Positions 49,400 through 62,930 of a DNA stretch of 64,000 nt are shown here, piece by piece; position 1 is the first letter of the stretch; each line of letters opens with the position of its first letter. The position numbers were made by a program, and so were the translations under genes. The notes below the pieces were generated by a model that saw only the letters and a program-made list of their open reading frames with translations, made no database searches and was not told the DNA's origin. This DNA comes from Polymyxa betae A26-41 (lineage: Eukaryota; Protista; Endomyxa: Phytomyxea), in NCBI GenBank assembly GCA_003693705.1, contig RBZT01000267.1:124001-188000 (forward strand). The letters are read 5' to 3'.

Positions 49400-50455
49400 A
49401 TGATCAGACCGTCGATTATCTGTGCTGTAGCAAATGCCATCACTGTTCTGGTCGCTGCTTTCATATTTCTGCATTACATCTTCCATGAGACAACAGGAGC
49501 CGATGCTGAAGAGATGGATACCGAACAGGTCGAGAAATTTCGTCATCATAAGAGATTACTTCCTGCAGCGGAACATTTCTCAACTACTACTTTGATTGAG
49601 CAGCATTATTGTCAACCTCAGCAAGGAAATCAATGCTCGTTGAAATCGTATTCGTTCTGTGGAAACAGTAGCAGATCCATCTCATTAACGGTAGGCACGC
49701 CTGCTCTGTTTATCGTGAAACGTTCTGAGTTGGAATCTTGAAGTTTGATGTCGATCAACAGACGTCCAAAAAGTCGCTCGATGGAATTATTGAAGAGCTC
49801 AAAGGTGTCAAAGTACTTGCGACATTCTTCATTTCTGGGCAAGATTCTATCTATCATGAAGATAGATGTGAACAGGCCAAGGCTCTGGTTCAAGCCGGTC
49901 ATCAGGTTGAGATCATGAACTGGAATGGTGCTGAGCTCCAGCCGGATCAGCCAATCGAGGCGCTAGAGATTGATCACGCTAAAGCATTCCTTCGTGATTG
50001 TCTTGGAAGGAAGTCGTTTGAGTCTCTCCAGTTCCGACCGATTCGAGGTCAGATTACGTTGGATCAAGCTTGGGCTGTCTCGCAACGTTATCGTAATCGT
50101 CATCGATTTATGCAGTCCCATCCTGTATTGATTTGTTGCAGATGCTGTCATTGCAATGTGGTCGCTGTCATCCGATCCAGATCATGTCGAGCATCTGATC
50201 GATCTGGCACAAGATGATATAGGCAGGAATGACTCGATTGTGGTTAGATTGCATGATTTGGTATGACCGGTGTTTAAGCAAGATCTGAATCTGCCTGATG
50301 CTGCTGTTTAGGAGTATTGGTCACAATCAGGTCCCATATCAAAGCTTGTATCACATTTTCAAGACCGACATTATCAGTTTATGTCGTCAGAGCGCTGCTA
50401 CATGCAATGCTCGACCGAAGTGTGTCTTGCTCCGGCGCCTCAATCGTGGAAATGA
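49400..50455 (+). CDS. NodB / CE4 polysaccharide (chitin) deacetylase-like protein with degenerate active site
   Basis: ISLT|FD, KVLATFFISG, AGHQVE, QFRP, VRLHD and HFQDRHYQFMSSERC follow NodB order; N-terminal TM. Confidence 0.75.
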
Positions 50456-50634
50456 TCCTGACCAGCAGCTGGTCGGTTAACAGCCCTTCTCCCTTGCTCT
50501 CGGGGATTACATTATCCACGTTGCTTCGCCAAGCATTGTGCAAATGTCTCAATAATTTATCCAATACATCAATAATTTAATCATTATATATCAATTATAG
50601 TTACAGTAGAATTTGTATGCTAAGCTCGAATTGA

Positions 50635-53021
50635 TTATTTGGGTTTTAAAACGTTTGTGAAATATGACACATGGTCAGATTCTGTCGCTGTCAATGTCCT
50701 CTCTATCCTGATTGGATTTAATGCCTTAAAGTATCGGATGCCAAGCTTCAGCATCTTTTTACGAATGTGATTCTTCATCTCTGTATCCGCCACTCGAAAC
50801 GAGCCTCCATCGACGTAGTTGTAGACCGAATCAATACGAATCTCCAGCTCGATCTGATTGCATTGAGTTGAGTCATTTAGGAATACTCCAACTCTGGGTT
50901 TCCAATCTGCATGAAGAATAAGCTGGACAGGTCCAATGCGTCTGAACACTTCTCCTACGATTTGGATTATCAACCGTGAACTTCAGAATAGACCGCTTTA
51001 AACGCTCGATCGCTTCAACATTGGTATCAAAATTGATTAACATGCATATTCTTGTGACACAACCAAAGCTGTTTGTTAAGTTAACCTGCCATCATGTCAA
51101 TAGGTTATTCACACATTGAGAGCGATGTTTTACAATGACACAATCAGCAAGCGTCTGGTTCGGAAACCGAACCAACTTGTTCACGCGATCCTTGAACCAA
51201 GTATCGAGTAAACCGATTTGATGAACTTGATACCAAGTTCCATCTACGGTTATTGAATCGTTTACCTGATATGGTTTGCCCCCAAATATGAACTATGATA
51301 ATATATCAAGTTCACATTTCTAATTGCATGAACACAACATACCACGACGCTTTCTACGAACCGGGTAATTGTTTTGCTCAAAGCAAAAGCCACACTGAGC
51401 ATAAGTGCAGAGATAGCTGTCAAAAGCTGATTGAATGCATACCCGAAGATACGATAGACAATCACAGTTATAAAGACCCAGAATACAGCAGATATAGACG
51501 TGTTAATTAAATGAGAAAGGTTTTCGAATCCTTTCAGACGATTTGTCAAAACAGTTTTTGAATTAAAAACCGACTTGAACGCAGCAGAAAATTGCTCCAG
51601 AGAGACAGCTTTATTCTGCAATGCGTTTCCTTGTCGGAAGAACATCATACGAAATGCTTGCACACCAACCATTGGATTCTAACAAGAACAATTATTAGAG
51701 AGTTTTTAACTGATCCAAAGCTGAATGGCTTTACCTCCCAAAAGGAGCACCACGTCTCTAAAGAGATTGATGGAGGGATTCCTGCATCAGGTCTATGATC
51801 GTTAACAATATTGTTAAAGATGATATTTCCAATCAGGCCCATATCTTTAGTCGTTGATACAATAATGCTGGAATCGGTCGAAAACACCCAATCGTCATTT
51901 CGATGCTTCAGCGGGAACTGAATCGCACCTCCCCTAAAGCATGCTGTTCAGATAGCATATGCTATATAACGGAAAGTCATACCTGATGTATTCAATGTCT
52001 GCAAGTATGCTTTTGCCAGTGTTCTTGTTTAATCGGAGCCTTTCGAGATCTTTACGATCTGCAGTATTGCGACAGCAAAGATTGATCATTACTTCTTCCA
52101 AGAAAAGCAACAATTTGATCCGCTTTCCGAACGATTGGTCAGCTCCCCACATCTCAATAAGTTGAGTGAATACTGTCTTAATTACAAGACCGATCAAGAT
52201 TGTATACAGAGACTGAAGCACTTGATGGCCGCGATAGAATTTGATTGAGCCAATATTGGCTAAATCCAGCCAGGCTTGAAGCACGAGGGTATCGATAGCA
52301 ACCGCTAGAGAGGAATGTCAGAATTAAAATGGTGCCAGGTTCAGCGTCACAACCGAGTACGATAGCACGAAGATAGCCTCGTAGCGACTTGTCTATCATA
52401 GGGAACAGCCATGCTGGCGATTTCACCAGAAGCCGGAGGGTTTTGAAGACGGCAACTTCCAAAACATAAGCGATGATACAGCAGGCAGCAAGCTAAGCGG
52501 GTCGTCAATTGTCTGCATTTGAGACATAATTAGGCGCTTACCATGCCAGGAATTGCTGTCCAAACCCAGATTCGATTACCATCCTCTTTCAGCAGGGTCA
52601 TACCAGAGTCAAATATCCAAAGAATGGTAGTAGCGACCAAGCTGGATAAGACAACCGTGACGGTCATGCTTCTTTTGGCAATCCATATTGCACAGCGTTG
52701 TCTGAAATTTAACATTCGATGATCTTCAGAGAATATGACATCACAATCTTCCATCATATCGATTATTTTGGAGATATGCGGTTCTGAGGTTGCCATAACA
52801 GGCAATGTGTCGGTTTCTTCCAGCTTGTCGTCGTCACCAAACAGACTCTCCATTTCGATGTCGTTCACGTTGAAGGACCTCTGACTCCTCATTGCCTTGC
52901 TCCCAACACCCCGCAATCTGGTACGAAGCTCAGCAAAAGACTTCTCATCTCGAATGGATTTGGAATGGTAAGAATGCGGTGGATCCTCTGAGTGCTGTGA
53001 TCTGGCTGGCTCGTCAAGCAT
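50635..53021 (-). CDS. MscS-like mechanosensitive channel, copy 1
   Basis: Multiple TMs; LSVAFALSKTITRFVESVVFIFGAKPYQVNDSITVDG...IGLL.T, RFPN, VNLTNS; KLGIRY C-terminus. Confidence 0.88.
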
Positions 53022-53143
53022 GGCTGCTATCGACGATAGTCCCTTAGTAAGATTATAAGAGCCAGCAGGGTCGTTACCGATGAATGAACTGTGCAGCAAG
53101 TCATGTTGGACATGTGCAGAGGCCGCATATCATCTCTATTATT

Positions 53144-55620
53144 TTATTGTGTATATCCCAGGTATGTATTGCTAGTAGACGGCGTTTTCTTCACCACGCC
53201 ACCGCTATCGCGTGATTTCGACGACAACGGGGGCGAAATCGAGTCGGGACCATCGAGCAATTTTACAGATTGTGTTGGTTGGATGTATTCGATGCCAAGT
53301 TTGACCATCTTTTTACGGATATGGTTCTTGAGCTCAGTGTCTGCTATCCTGAATGAACCACCATCAACATAAGAATAGACAGACTCGACTCTGATCTCGA
53401 GCTCAACAGCAGATGTGACTGATAAATCGTTCAAGAACACGGTAACTCGAGGTTTCCAATCTATAGCCAACATTTTGTCGTCTGGCATTATAATACTGAG
53501 TATTCTTACGTTCCGAGTTTTGAACGGTGTATTTCAAGATCGACGCTTTCAGTCTTTCAAGAGCTTCGGCTCTTGTATCCAGTCGGATTTGCATAGCTAT
53601 TCGGGTTATGCATCCGAAACTATTTGTAAGATTCACCTAAATAAATAATATCATTATAAATCCTAGAAAATGCTCTATGGACTTACAATTGGCAAATCGG
53701 CCAACATCAGATTTGAATATCGTACAAGTTTGTTGACACTATCTTTGAACTTTGTCTCGAGTAAGCCGATCTGAAAGACTTGATACCAAGTCCCGTTAAT
53801 ATTAACGGCGTCGTTTACTTGATAAGGCTTCGTGCCAAAGACGAACTATAAGAAACGTTCTTCAGAGCTCAACATTATCCAAAATGTCACATTTACCACA
53901 ACGCTCTCTACTGCTCTGCTAATTGTTTTGCTTAAAGCAAACGAAACACCAAGAACCAGAGCCGAAATTGCGGTTACGAGTTGATTTAGTTCATAGCCAA
54001 ATATATTGCAAACAATGACGATCATCAGTACCCAGAATATGGTTGATATGAAAGTGTTCATGAGATAAGATAAATTTGCGAAACTCTGCAAACGGTTTGC
54101 AAGCACAGACCGGGTATTGATGATAGATTTAAATGCAGAAACAAACTGTTCCTTGTTGACGCGTTTGCTTTGTAAAGCGTTTCCTTGCCTTAAGAACATC
54201 AGCCGAAAGCTTTGAACGGCAAGAGCAGGAGTCTAAAGAAGATCAACTTCAAGGGAAAACTTGAGTCAATAGCTCTTACTTCAAAATAGGAAACAAAAGT
54301 TTGTAGATCGACTGTTTGTGCTTGGATTCGATTCGAATCCTCCAATATGTTGTTGAAAATGATCTCAGCTAAAAGACCCATGTCTTTTGTATTCGCTACT
54401 TCAATGGACGACTCGGCCGAAAATAGCCATTGTTCACGATGATGACAAAGTGGAAATAGAAGAGGAGTCTTACTGTAAGCAAACGCAGACATTCAGAAAT
54501 CAACTCTTCAAACCCAAACGGTCCTACCGGATTGACTCTACATATGACATCATAAAATCACGATTAGAGCGTTGCTGAAGAATCTGAACAAAAACAGCTC
54601 TATCAGCATCATTGCGACAGCACAACCTGAGCATAATATTCTCCAGAAACACCATTGCTTCGATGCGTTTACCGAACGATTTCTCGGTTGCCCACATATC
54701 AAACAATTCGTTAAACATGTTTCGAATAACTAATAGGATTCCAACAACATAAATGGAGGTCAAGATCGAATTCGCATAAAACACTTCAGTCGAATTAAAA
54801 GTGGAAGTGTCAAGCCACCAGTTTAGTACAAGGCTTTGCATCAAGATTGCTGCAGCAACGTTTAGTTGGGAAATGACGTTCAATTGGCAACGAATACCCA
54901 TTAATACGGCCCTGACATATCCTGACGCCGAATTTTGAATCAGGGGAAATAACCACAACGGAGAGGAAATAATGAGACCTGCAACACGTAGAAATGCGAT
55001 TTCCACGAGATACGACACCAATACGGCAATGGCAATCTAAATTTCATATCAACAATCAAACTTCTATCAATGAAACCCATACAGACGATGCCAGGTATCG
55101 CTGACCAGATCCAAGGTTCGTTTCCAGACGGGTTATTCAAACTGGCGCTATTGGCAAAAAAGAAGAGACCGGCGGTAATCAAGAAGCTTGCAACGACTAG
55201 AAACACAAGCAAAAAACGATGTGAAACCCAGATAACGACGCGATCCCAAGTTTTCAAGTTTCTCCTTTCTTCGGACAGAATAGAATCGCAATCCTCGAAA
55301 ATGTCCACGACCATTGCTGTCAAAGGCGCCGTTGTATGGTTGACAGATAAAGTCTGCGTCTCGTCCCATCGTTCTTCTTCTGCCAAAAGAGCATCGTGCA
55401 AATCATTGATATTGCTGGAATGTCGTCTGACTTCCAGGTTTAAACTCTGACCGATCCCGGTAGATTGGGGTAGAGCTAGAAGCTGATCGAGGTTCGATCG
55501 CTTCTCTTCATCTGCCTCATGCTGGGGGGGTTCTGAAGTGATTAACCGATAGTCGCCAGTGACGACTCGGATATCGATCTGGTCTGGATGGCGGTCCTTG
55601 GGGTCGATACCAGATGACAT
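53144..55620 (-). CDS. MscS-like mechanosensitive channel, copy 2
   Basis: Paralog of copy 1: GVSFALSKTISRAVESVV, FGTKPYQVNDAVNING, NLTNSFG, KLGIEY; the intron positions I compared coincide. Confidence 0.88.
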
Positions 55621-55766
55621 TAATGTACACAGACTGCTTTTACAGAGACAGCAGTGATTATGCTGCTTACTGCAGTCATTCACCCAAGGTCGTATGCAAT
55701 GTTGGGCTGCGCTCAATTTCATGTCTGTATTGGCGAAATAAATACTAGATACAGGCTACTGTCCTG

Positions 55767-56197
55767 CTACCTAGTCGCTGGATGCCGCCTTCTGTAAGTC
55801 CTGTTAAGTAACCATTGAATATCAGTAAATCCACTGACCGGAGAAACAAGTGGCTCCTGGATTTGGCTGAGCTTCTCTTCGATTCGGTCCAACCTGCTTT
55901 TTAGATCTCGGTTGTCGTCTGCAATGCGGTTCATCAAATCCACTTCAGGCGTTCGCGTTGTCATATCGACTGCTTTGCCCATGGTCACGATAGTTTTGCC
56001 GAGATCTCCAAGCGACTCCATAGCCTGATTCGCATTCTTTTCGGCCTCGGTTTTCTGTTAAACTTTCAGCAAAGTAATCCTCACTAGAACGAAAAGATTT
56101 CACCAACGGCGGTCATGCGATAGATAAAGTACGACAGACCTACGGCGGAGCAAGCGCCGGCGAAGATCAAGAGATCTTTGGGACGAACTGAACCCAT
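55767..56197 (-). CDS. Small N-terminally anchored coiled-coil protein
   Basis: MGSVRPKDLLIFAGACSAVGLSYFIY (TM), one intron, then coiled coil DLKSRLDRIEEKL. Confidence 0.55.
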
Positions 56198-56392
56198 TTT
56201 GAAAGCACTAAATTAGCATTGATTAGATGAAAACCCGTGAATATAATGCCAGTATTGTCTCGATTAACGGCATGTGATTTGTGAAATCTTCGTATTTATT
56301 CGTCCGTGAGTCTGGACTTTTCCTCTGACTCGAAACTTTCTGCGTTACTCATTTCAAAGTGTGTTTTTCATTGTGTGTCCTTAACAAGCGAC

Positions 56393-59202
56393 ATGGGCAC
56401 CAGTGTAATGGGGGCAATTCCAGATATTGGACCGGGTATGTGTTCTGTATATACTTTTTATAATGGTATCACTTCTGTCGTCTGATGTGCTCTCTCAGAC
56501 CAAATCCCAAACTCGTTTCCTGTTTATTCGCTGATCACGCCCCTGCTCATCAATCTCGCAATTGGTATCTTGACTTTGGTCGGCTTCTGGATCGCTAGCG
56601 CTAGTTCGCCCTGGTGCTACAAACCCAGGCAATGTCGTCCAACTGAAAACGGCAGGCGACAGGCACCGCCTGCGATCTCGTTCAAAAAGTTATCCTGGAT
56701 CAAAACCATGTTCAGTTTAAGCGAAGCTGAATTAGCAAGAATCTGTGGGCTTGATGCATTGATGCTAATAAGGTTTCATCAATTAGGCCTGCGATTCTTC
56801 TTGCCTGTGGCCATTGTATGTGATTCTATTAGATCACAATCCCATTGAACTCAATCGTAATTTCTAGCTAGGATTAACAGTTCTAATACCAGTTAATGTG
56901 GTTAGCTCAGAAATAGCTTCTGTGATTACATTTGGTGATCTATCTATTAGTCATGTTCCCGATGGGTAAACATACCGCCTTGCATTTGTCTCTTCAGTGT
57001 CTGATAATGTAACAGATCGTCGTATTTATGGGTCCATTTCATTATGACCTGTGTATTTACTGCTTATCTATTCGTGCTATTGGATCACGAAGTGCATGCT
57101 TACCTACGTTTACGACACACTTACTATCTTCTGCCAGACCAACATCATGGTCCCCGTCCTGATCAGTTATCGATCTGTATTCGACGTATTCCAACTTATC
57201 TTCGAACTGAAGATAACGTCAACCGATATTTCCGGGAACGATTCAATGATAAGTTGGCAGCAGCTGTTATCGTCCGCGATCGCAGCGTTGTGATTGCACT
57301 TACCAAGCAGCAAGAGCATGCCCGACGACAATTAGAAATTGCATACATGAAATGGTCTCGCAGGTCTGTCAGCCTGGAAAGTCGGCCGCAGATTCGCATT
57401 CCATCCATTATCGGGCAGAAACGAGATGCGATCAATTATTGGAGTTATGAGATCGACCGCATTCAAGAAGAGATCGACGAACGACTACGAGGACCCTCGA
57501 ATATGGCTTCTGTTGGTTTTGTGACATTGACATCATTTGAATCGGTTAATCTGGCTACTCGTATACCGCTTTCTAACGATCCGAAGGCTATGGTTGCCTA
57601 TCCAGCAATGGAACCTCGTGATGTGTAATACTCTTGCTCTTGTGCTTTCATTTGCTTGTTTAAAGACTCTGTAGGTACTGGCCCAATATTCATTTATCTT
57701 CCATGCAAAGGCAAACCCGATCGGTTTTAGCTAAGATAGCGCTTTATATGCTGATAGCATTCTGGACGATTCCTGTCGCTGCTGGTCAGTTGTGCTGTCT
57801 GCTACTTGTATCGTCTCTGATGTTTGTTTCGCAGTGATCTCTCTCGCTTCACCTGATACTCTCCCGCAATATATTCCATTCATTGCTCCGATTTTTCGAG
57901 TTTCTCCTTTTTTGAAAGCCTTCTGGAATCAGTTTCTGCCTTCAATCTGCATCTTAGTATTTCAGTTGCTTTTGCCCCCGATTTTGCTCTCTCTCTCTAA
58001 AGCGCAGGGATGCACATCGAAGTCTACTTTGCAAATCAGTGTCTTCACCAAATTTTTTTTATTTCAATTCTTCAACTTCTTCTTAGTAACGGTGATCTCC
58101 GGATCACTGTTTGATACTTTAACCGAAATTATCGAGAATCCAATCAGGACGCCTTTTCTACTGGGTCGTGCCGTTCCAATGCAAGCAGCTACCTTTATTG
58201 CTTATGTGTATGTGCTCACATTATGGCATTATCGATTATATCTGAGTGCTTCGCATTAGGCTCTTACAGAGTTTAGCGAGAGTCCCATTACAGCTTCTAC
58301 GAATTGGTGATCTGCTTCTGGGTTGGTTGCGACTCAAGTTTTTTGTAAAAACACCAGAAGACGTTATCAAGGCAACAGCTCCCGGGTCGTTTCAGTTTGC
58401 GCGAGAGTGGCCAATGCATATATTTATCTTTATGTTTGGCTTTGCATATGCTGAAATTACACCTTTAATTTTACCATGCACTGCACTATTCTTTGCTGTT
58501 AGTTCGTTCGTTTTCAGGTGTGTCCAGAATTCATTCCTTTCATGCTCTGTTTGCTAAATCGTTCCAGATATTTATTAGTATTCATTCACGAACCAAAATT
58601 TGAAAGCGGAGGTATTTTTTACTTTGATTTTACGATTTAGAGATAAAAGTATTTAGGCCGTATGTTCCCCTTAATGCTTTCCCGACTAATTGCTGGCGTT
58701 ATAATCGGTCTCCTGACTTTAATAGGAATGTTTGCTCTAAAGAAGGTCTGGTTGCTTCATTTATGTGTTCATCTGTTTATCTGATGTTACTTAGGGTTTA
58801 GGTCAGTCTGTGTTGCTGGCGATTTTGGTACCTTTGACGCTGCTGTTCCACAATCGATGCCAGAAAATAATACAAATCTGGGAGAGCTTGAGTGTTGAAG
58901 AGGTTTTCTGGGACTATGTACATTGAATCGTTTGATTTATTTTTCTGTAGGTGCTTGAGTTGGACAAATGCCCCAGATTTGATGTTGCCAAGTTTACAAA
59001 AGAAGCTGCAATCTTTTATCGGCAGCCATGTGCTGTTAGAGCTCCATTACGTAGTGACGACGTTATCCGGGATTTGCAAATGTCTGAAAAATCTCTGAGG
59101 GAGATACCTCAAGTGCAAGCTATCAAGTCTTTAATAGAGTTAAGAAAACGCCAACTCAGTGAACGCGATCTGAAGCATTGCTCATTTGATTCATTGGCTT
59201 GA
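56393..59202 (+). CDS. OSCA/TMEM63/CSC1 osmo- and mechano-activated cation channel
   Basis: CGLDALMLIRF, VLIPVN, LWVH, SICIRRIP, GFVTL, AMEPRDVYWPNI, FWTIPV, FQFFNFFLV, AATFIAYV, ITPLILP, FESGG. Confidence 0.93.
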
Positions 59203-59479
59203 TTTTTCCTTCAAAAAATTCGCTCCGTCCATCTACCTAATGCTAATTTATCCAATACGATGTCAGTCAATGCTGTTTAGGGTCTGCTGATTGTTTACAT
59301 AAATTCATCCTGCACGTCAGAAATTGTTTCGATGAGGGCCTAAAGTCAATTATACAATGCCAATTCGTCGTACAATCAGGACATCGTCGAATAACGTTAA
59401 GATGTTCTGCAGAATGGAGGTTAATGATCAATTAATTTTTTAGACTTCGGTTTCTTTCTTCTGAAAAGCTGGTAAGTGT

Positions 59480-62115
59480 TTAAATGAAATCATTCTGTGA
59501 TTGCCTGCGTGATTCTTTTGCGAATCTTTTGCACTTTGCCAGCAGAAACATCAACGATGCTGGTGTAAGACCTTGTATCTTATTGGCTTCGCCAATGGTC
59601 TTGGGTTTGAATCGCTTCAATTTTTCAACTTCTTCTTTGCTGAGAAATCCGGTTTGCTCTAACGGAAAACCCTCAGGAATGACGACCTCTTCGTCATCCC
59701 TTAGGCTGTTAATTTCAGCGGATTGCCTACGAAGATATGTCGCATATTTCATTTCAACTTCTAGAGTCTCTCTAATGTTTTCAGGAACCTAGAGGTCAAT
59801 TAAAAATTAGAAATTCAACAAACGCTGCCAACTTGTGACTTTAATTCAGGTACAGCATTGAGTAAAGTTGACATCGTGACATCAGCAAACCCATCAAACA
59901 TGGTTGCTGCCGATCGCATCCTATCGATTTATCAGTGGCGTCATTTTCACGAAGTTAGGCTGGTAACAAACTTTCCGTCTCGTGATATTTGAATATTGAG
60001 GATACGGCTCCATTCTTGAGGCGAATGCATATAATCATTGAGGGCGCGTCGAGCTTTATCCAGCTAGGGGTTGTTAACATCACGTGACAAGATACCACAA
60101 TGCAATTACTTGATTAAGCTTGTCAGTAAAATGCCGAGTTCTTCTAGAGCTACCACAATTGGCTTGTATACCAATTGGGGTTAATCTTGTATCTGCATTA
60201 TCCGACCTGCAGACAAGGTAAGAGAAGATATGATCTATAACACGATTGATACCGCAATGAAAGTCGATATTCCGATCGGGAGGTGAATACACGATAGGGC
60301 TCATCTGCACCTTTTGTTACAAGATCATCAACTAAAACGCCAATGTAGCTGCTGCAGCTGGAATGTAACTTTTAAATGTTAACCTGAGCTCAAAGAGAGA
60401 TATAACTAACCGATCTAAAACAATGGGCGGTAACCCTGCTGCATTCCGACCAGCATTGATACCTGCGTATACTCCTTGTGCACCAGCTTCCTCATATCCT
60501 GTTGTACCATTGATTTGACCAGCGAGAAATAATCCTGAATATTACAAGTTTGATCCTTGACGTACTATCTCGAAAAAGATGGTATACCTTTAACAAATCG
60601 TGTCTCCAACGTATTGTGCAGCTGACGGGGATCCACAAAATCGTATTCTACCGCATATCCAGGCGTCGTCATTACGACATTCTCCAGCCCCGGAATAGTA
60701 CGTAATATTTCAAGCTGGATATCAGCAGGGAATCCTAGAAATCGCATTTGAATGGGGTTTTTTGAGTCAAAACAATGCTATACCGGTACTAAGGCCATTA
60801 GGATAGACCAGATGGGTTTTCACACCTTCAGGTTCCAGCCAAATCTGATGTCGGCTGCGATCAGGAAAACGACGAATTTTGCCTTCTAAAGAAGGGCAGT
60901 ATCGAGGTCCTGTTAGTACAATCAGGGATGGTTACACTCTATACATTGGTACGACCTCGTCCAGCATGATAAATTGATGGCAACTGATGGATATTGTTGG
61001 CAATGATTTCATGACTTGCAGGCACTGTATGAGTCTTGTAGCAATCTATCAATTGGTTTTTTAAGTGAACGGTCTCATTTAAAAACGAGAAAGGGATTGG
61101 CGGGTCGTCACTAGTTTGTACTGTAAAGAGTATTGAATCAAAGCGAATCAAAGAGTGATATTCAGATTGAAACCTTCCATCGACGAGTAGTCAATAGTTC
61201 TACCATCGAGACGGGGCGGCGTAGCGGTGGTCAATCGGTTCAGTCTAAAACCCAGCCTCTCGAACGTCTGGCTGAGCTTCGTGCAAGCTGCATCTCCAAT
61301 TCGTCCACCTGTCACGAATCAATTAAACAGAGCAATCAGCACTACTGAAACAATCTTACCAAGTTCTTTTTTAACGGGGCCCATATGTAGGACACCTCTT
61401 AAAAATGTACCGGTTGTCACGATAACTTGTGAGCAAAATATCGTATCATTTGAGTTCAATACGACACCTGTCCAAACATTGTTATTAGATGGCATTGGCT
61501 CTCAAAAATTAAACCTTTAATGGCGCCGTTCTCGACAAGAATATCAGCCGCACCGCCTTCCACGATTTGTAAATTAGGGAAACTTTCCAGATGTTCGAGC
61601 ACTGCCTGCCTGATTTCTGAGCTATTAATCACAATGCTTTGCAAATTCACATGATGATTACCTGTAAAGATCCCGATCAGCTTGAGCTCGGGGTCCTTGA
61701 ACGGCTTGACCTTTGGATCGGTTTAAGATTCGAAACTGAATTCCAGCACGATCTATAGCCTGGCCCATTACTCCATCCAATGCATCAATCTCTCTAGTCA
61801 GCACCCCTTTACCGATGCCACCTGATGGATTCCAGATTTTAGATTCCTTCGTGTAAAAAGCTTGTTAATACCAATTGCAGGATTGCAACTCATGACTCCA
61901 ATCGTATTGCGTTTGTGAGTGAGCAATACTACTCCAGCGCCAACACGAGCAGCAGCTGCAGCCTATCATTACTCAATGAGATGGTGGCAGACAGCAGAAC
62001 CAGAACGAACAGCTTCTGAGCCTGCATGCCCTCCACCAATGACAACGACATCAGCAAACTTCTCAGTAAACTTTGATACTGATGACAATGCTCTCTGATA
62101 GGTCTGTCCGATCAT
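59480..62115 (-). CDS. MTO1: Mitochondrial tRNA U34 modification enzyme MTO1 (GidA/MnmG)
   Basis: [90 protein letters not shown]. Confidence 0.95.
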
Positions 62116-62906
62116 GAATGTAACAGTATCAAGTACTGCTCTGTTCGTATTCAATAATATAGGGAGAGGACTCCCGCATCTATTCACAACTATATCATTC
62201 ACATTTCACATATCAATGCAAACGATAACAGACCATTCCCAACTTGCATTGTTCACCACGTGGGTATATCAGCCTGCATCTGATTGCAGATTTCGTACTG
62301 AAAACTGATTCTCTGACGACATAGCTTGATTTTCTGACGACGTAGTGAATATTTTAAAACTTCCTCAAAAATGGATCATTAATAATCGTTAGTCGATATA
62401 AAATGTGGAAATTCAGCAAATTCAGCCAGAAGACAAACCTCCAGCTATCGCGCTGCATACAGTTGACAACGAAACACTTTTTTTGTATTTGAATACACGA
62501 TACGGTTGTCGGTGGAGAGTTTTCACTGCAATGATGAATATCATGTCCAGGTAAAACCATTGAGTTTGAACAGGTTAGTGACTGGGGTATTTCTATTACA
62601 AAAATGGAAAGTTCCAAGTCCAGAGGAGTATAAATGGCAAAAAAACAAAGAAGAGTATTGATAGATAGTGTGGACGATGCGATTGAACTGCTTGAATCAC
62701 TGATGAAATGAAAAACGAATGTTAACTTGAATATTGCAATGCTCAATGATGCATCAGATTCACACCACAATGCTGTTGAGTAATTTTCGTGATGTACTGT
62801 TCTAAACCACATTCTATCAACCCTCTCTGAATACTGAACTAAGTCTTGGAGATCTTTTGAGATTTTGAGGGTTAGCCGTTCGGTGGTGTTTCTGGCGTGT
62901 TCCATT

Positions 62907-62930
62907 GATTGGATTGGATTGGATTGGATT
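62907..62930. repeat. (GATTG)n pentanucleotide repeat
   Basis: gattggattggattggattggatt. Confidence 0.85.

Noticed and set aside
62354-62905. 183-aa minus-strand ORF
   Set aside because: Non-protein-like composition; plus-strand frames are stop-ridden. Possibly a relic, but nothing identifiable.
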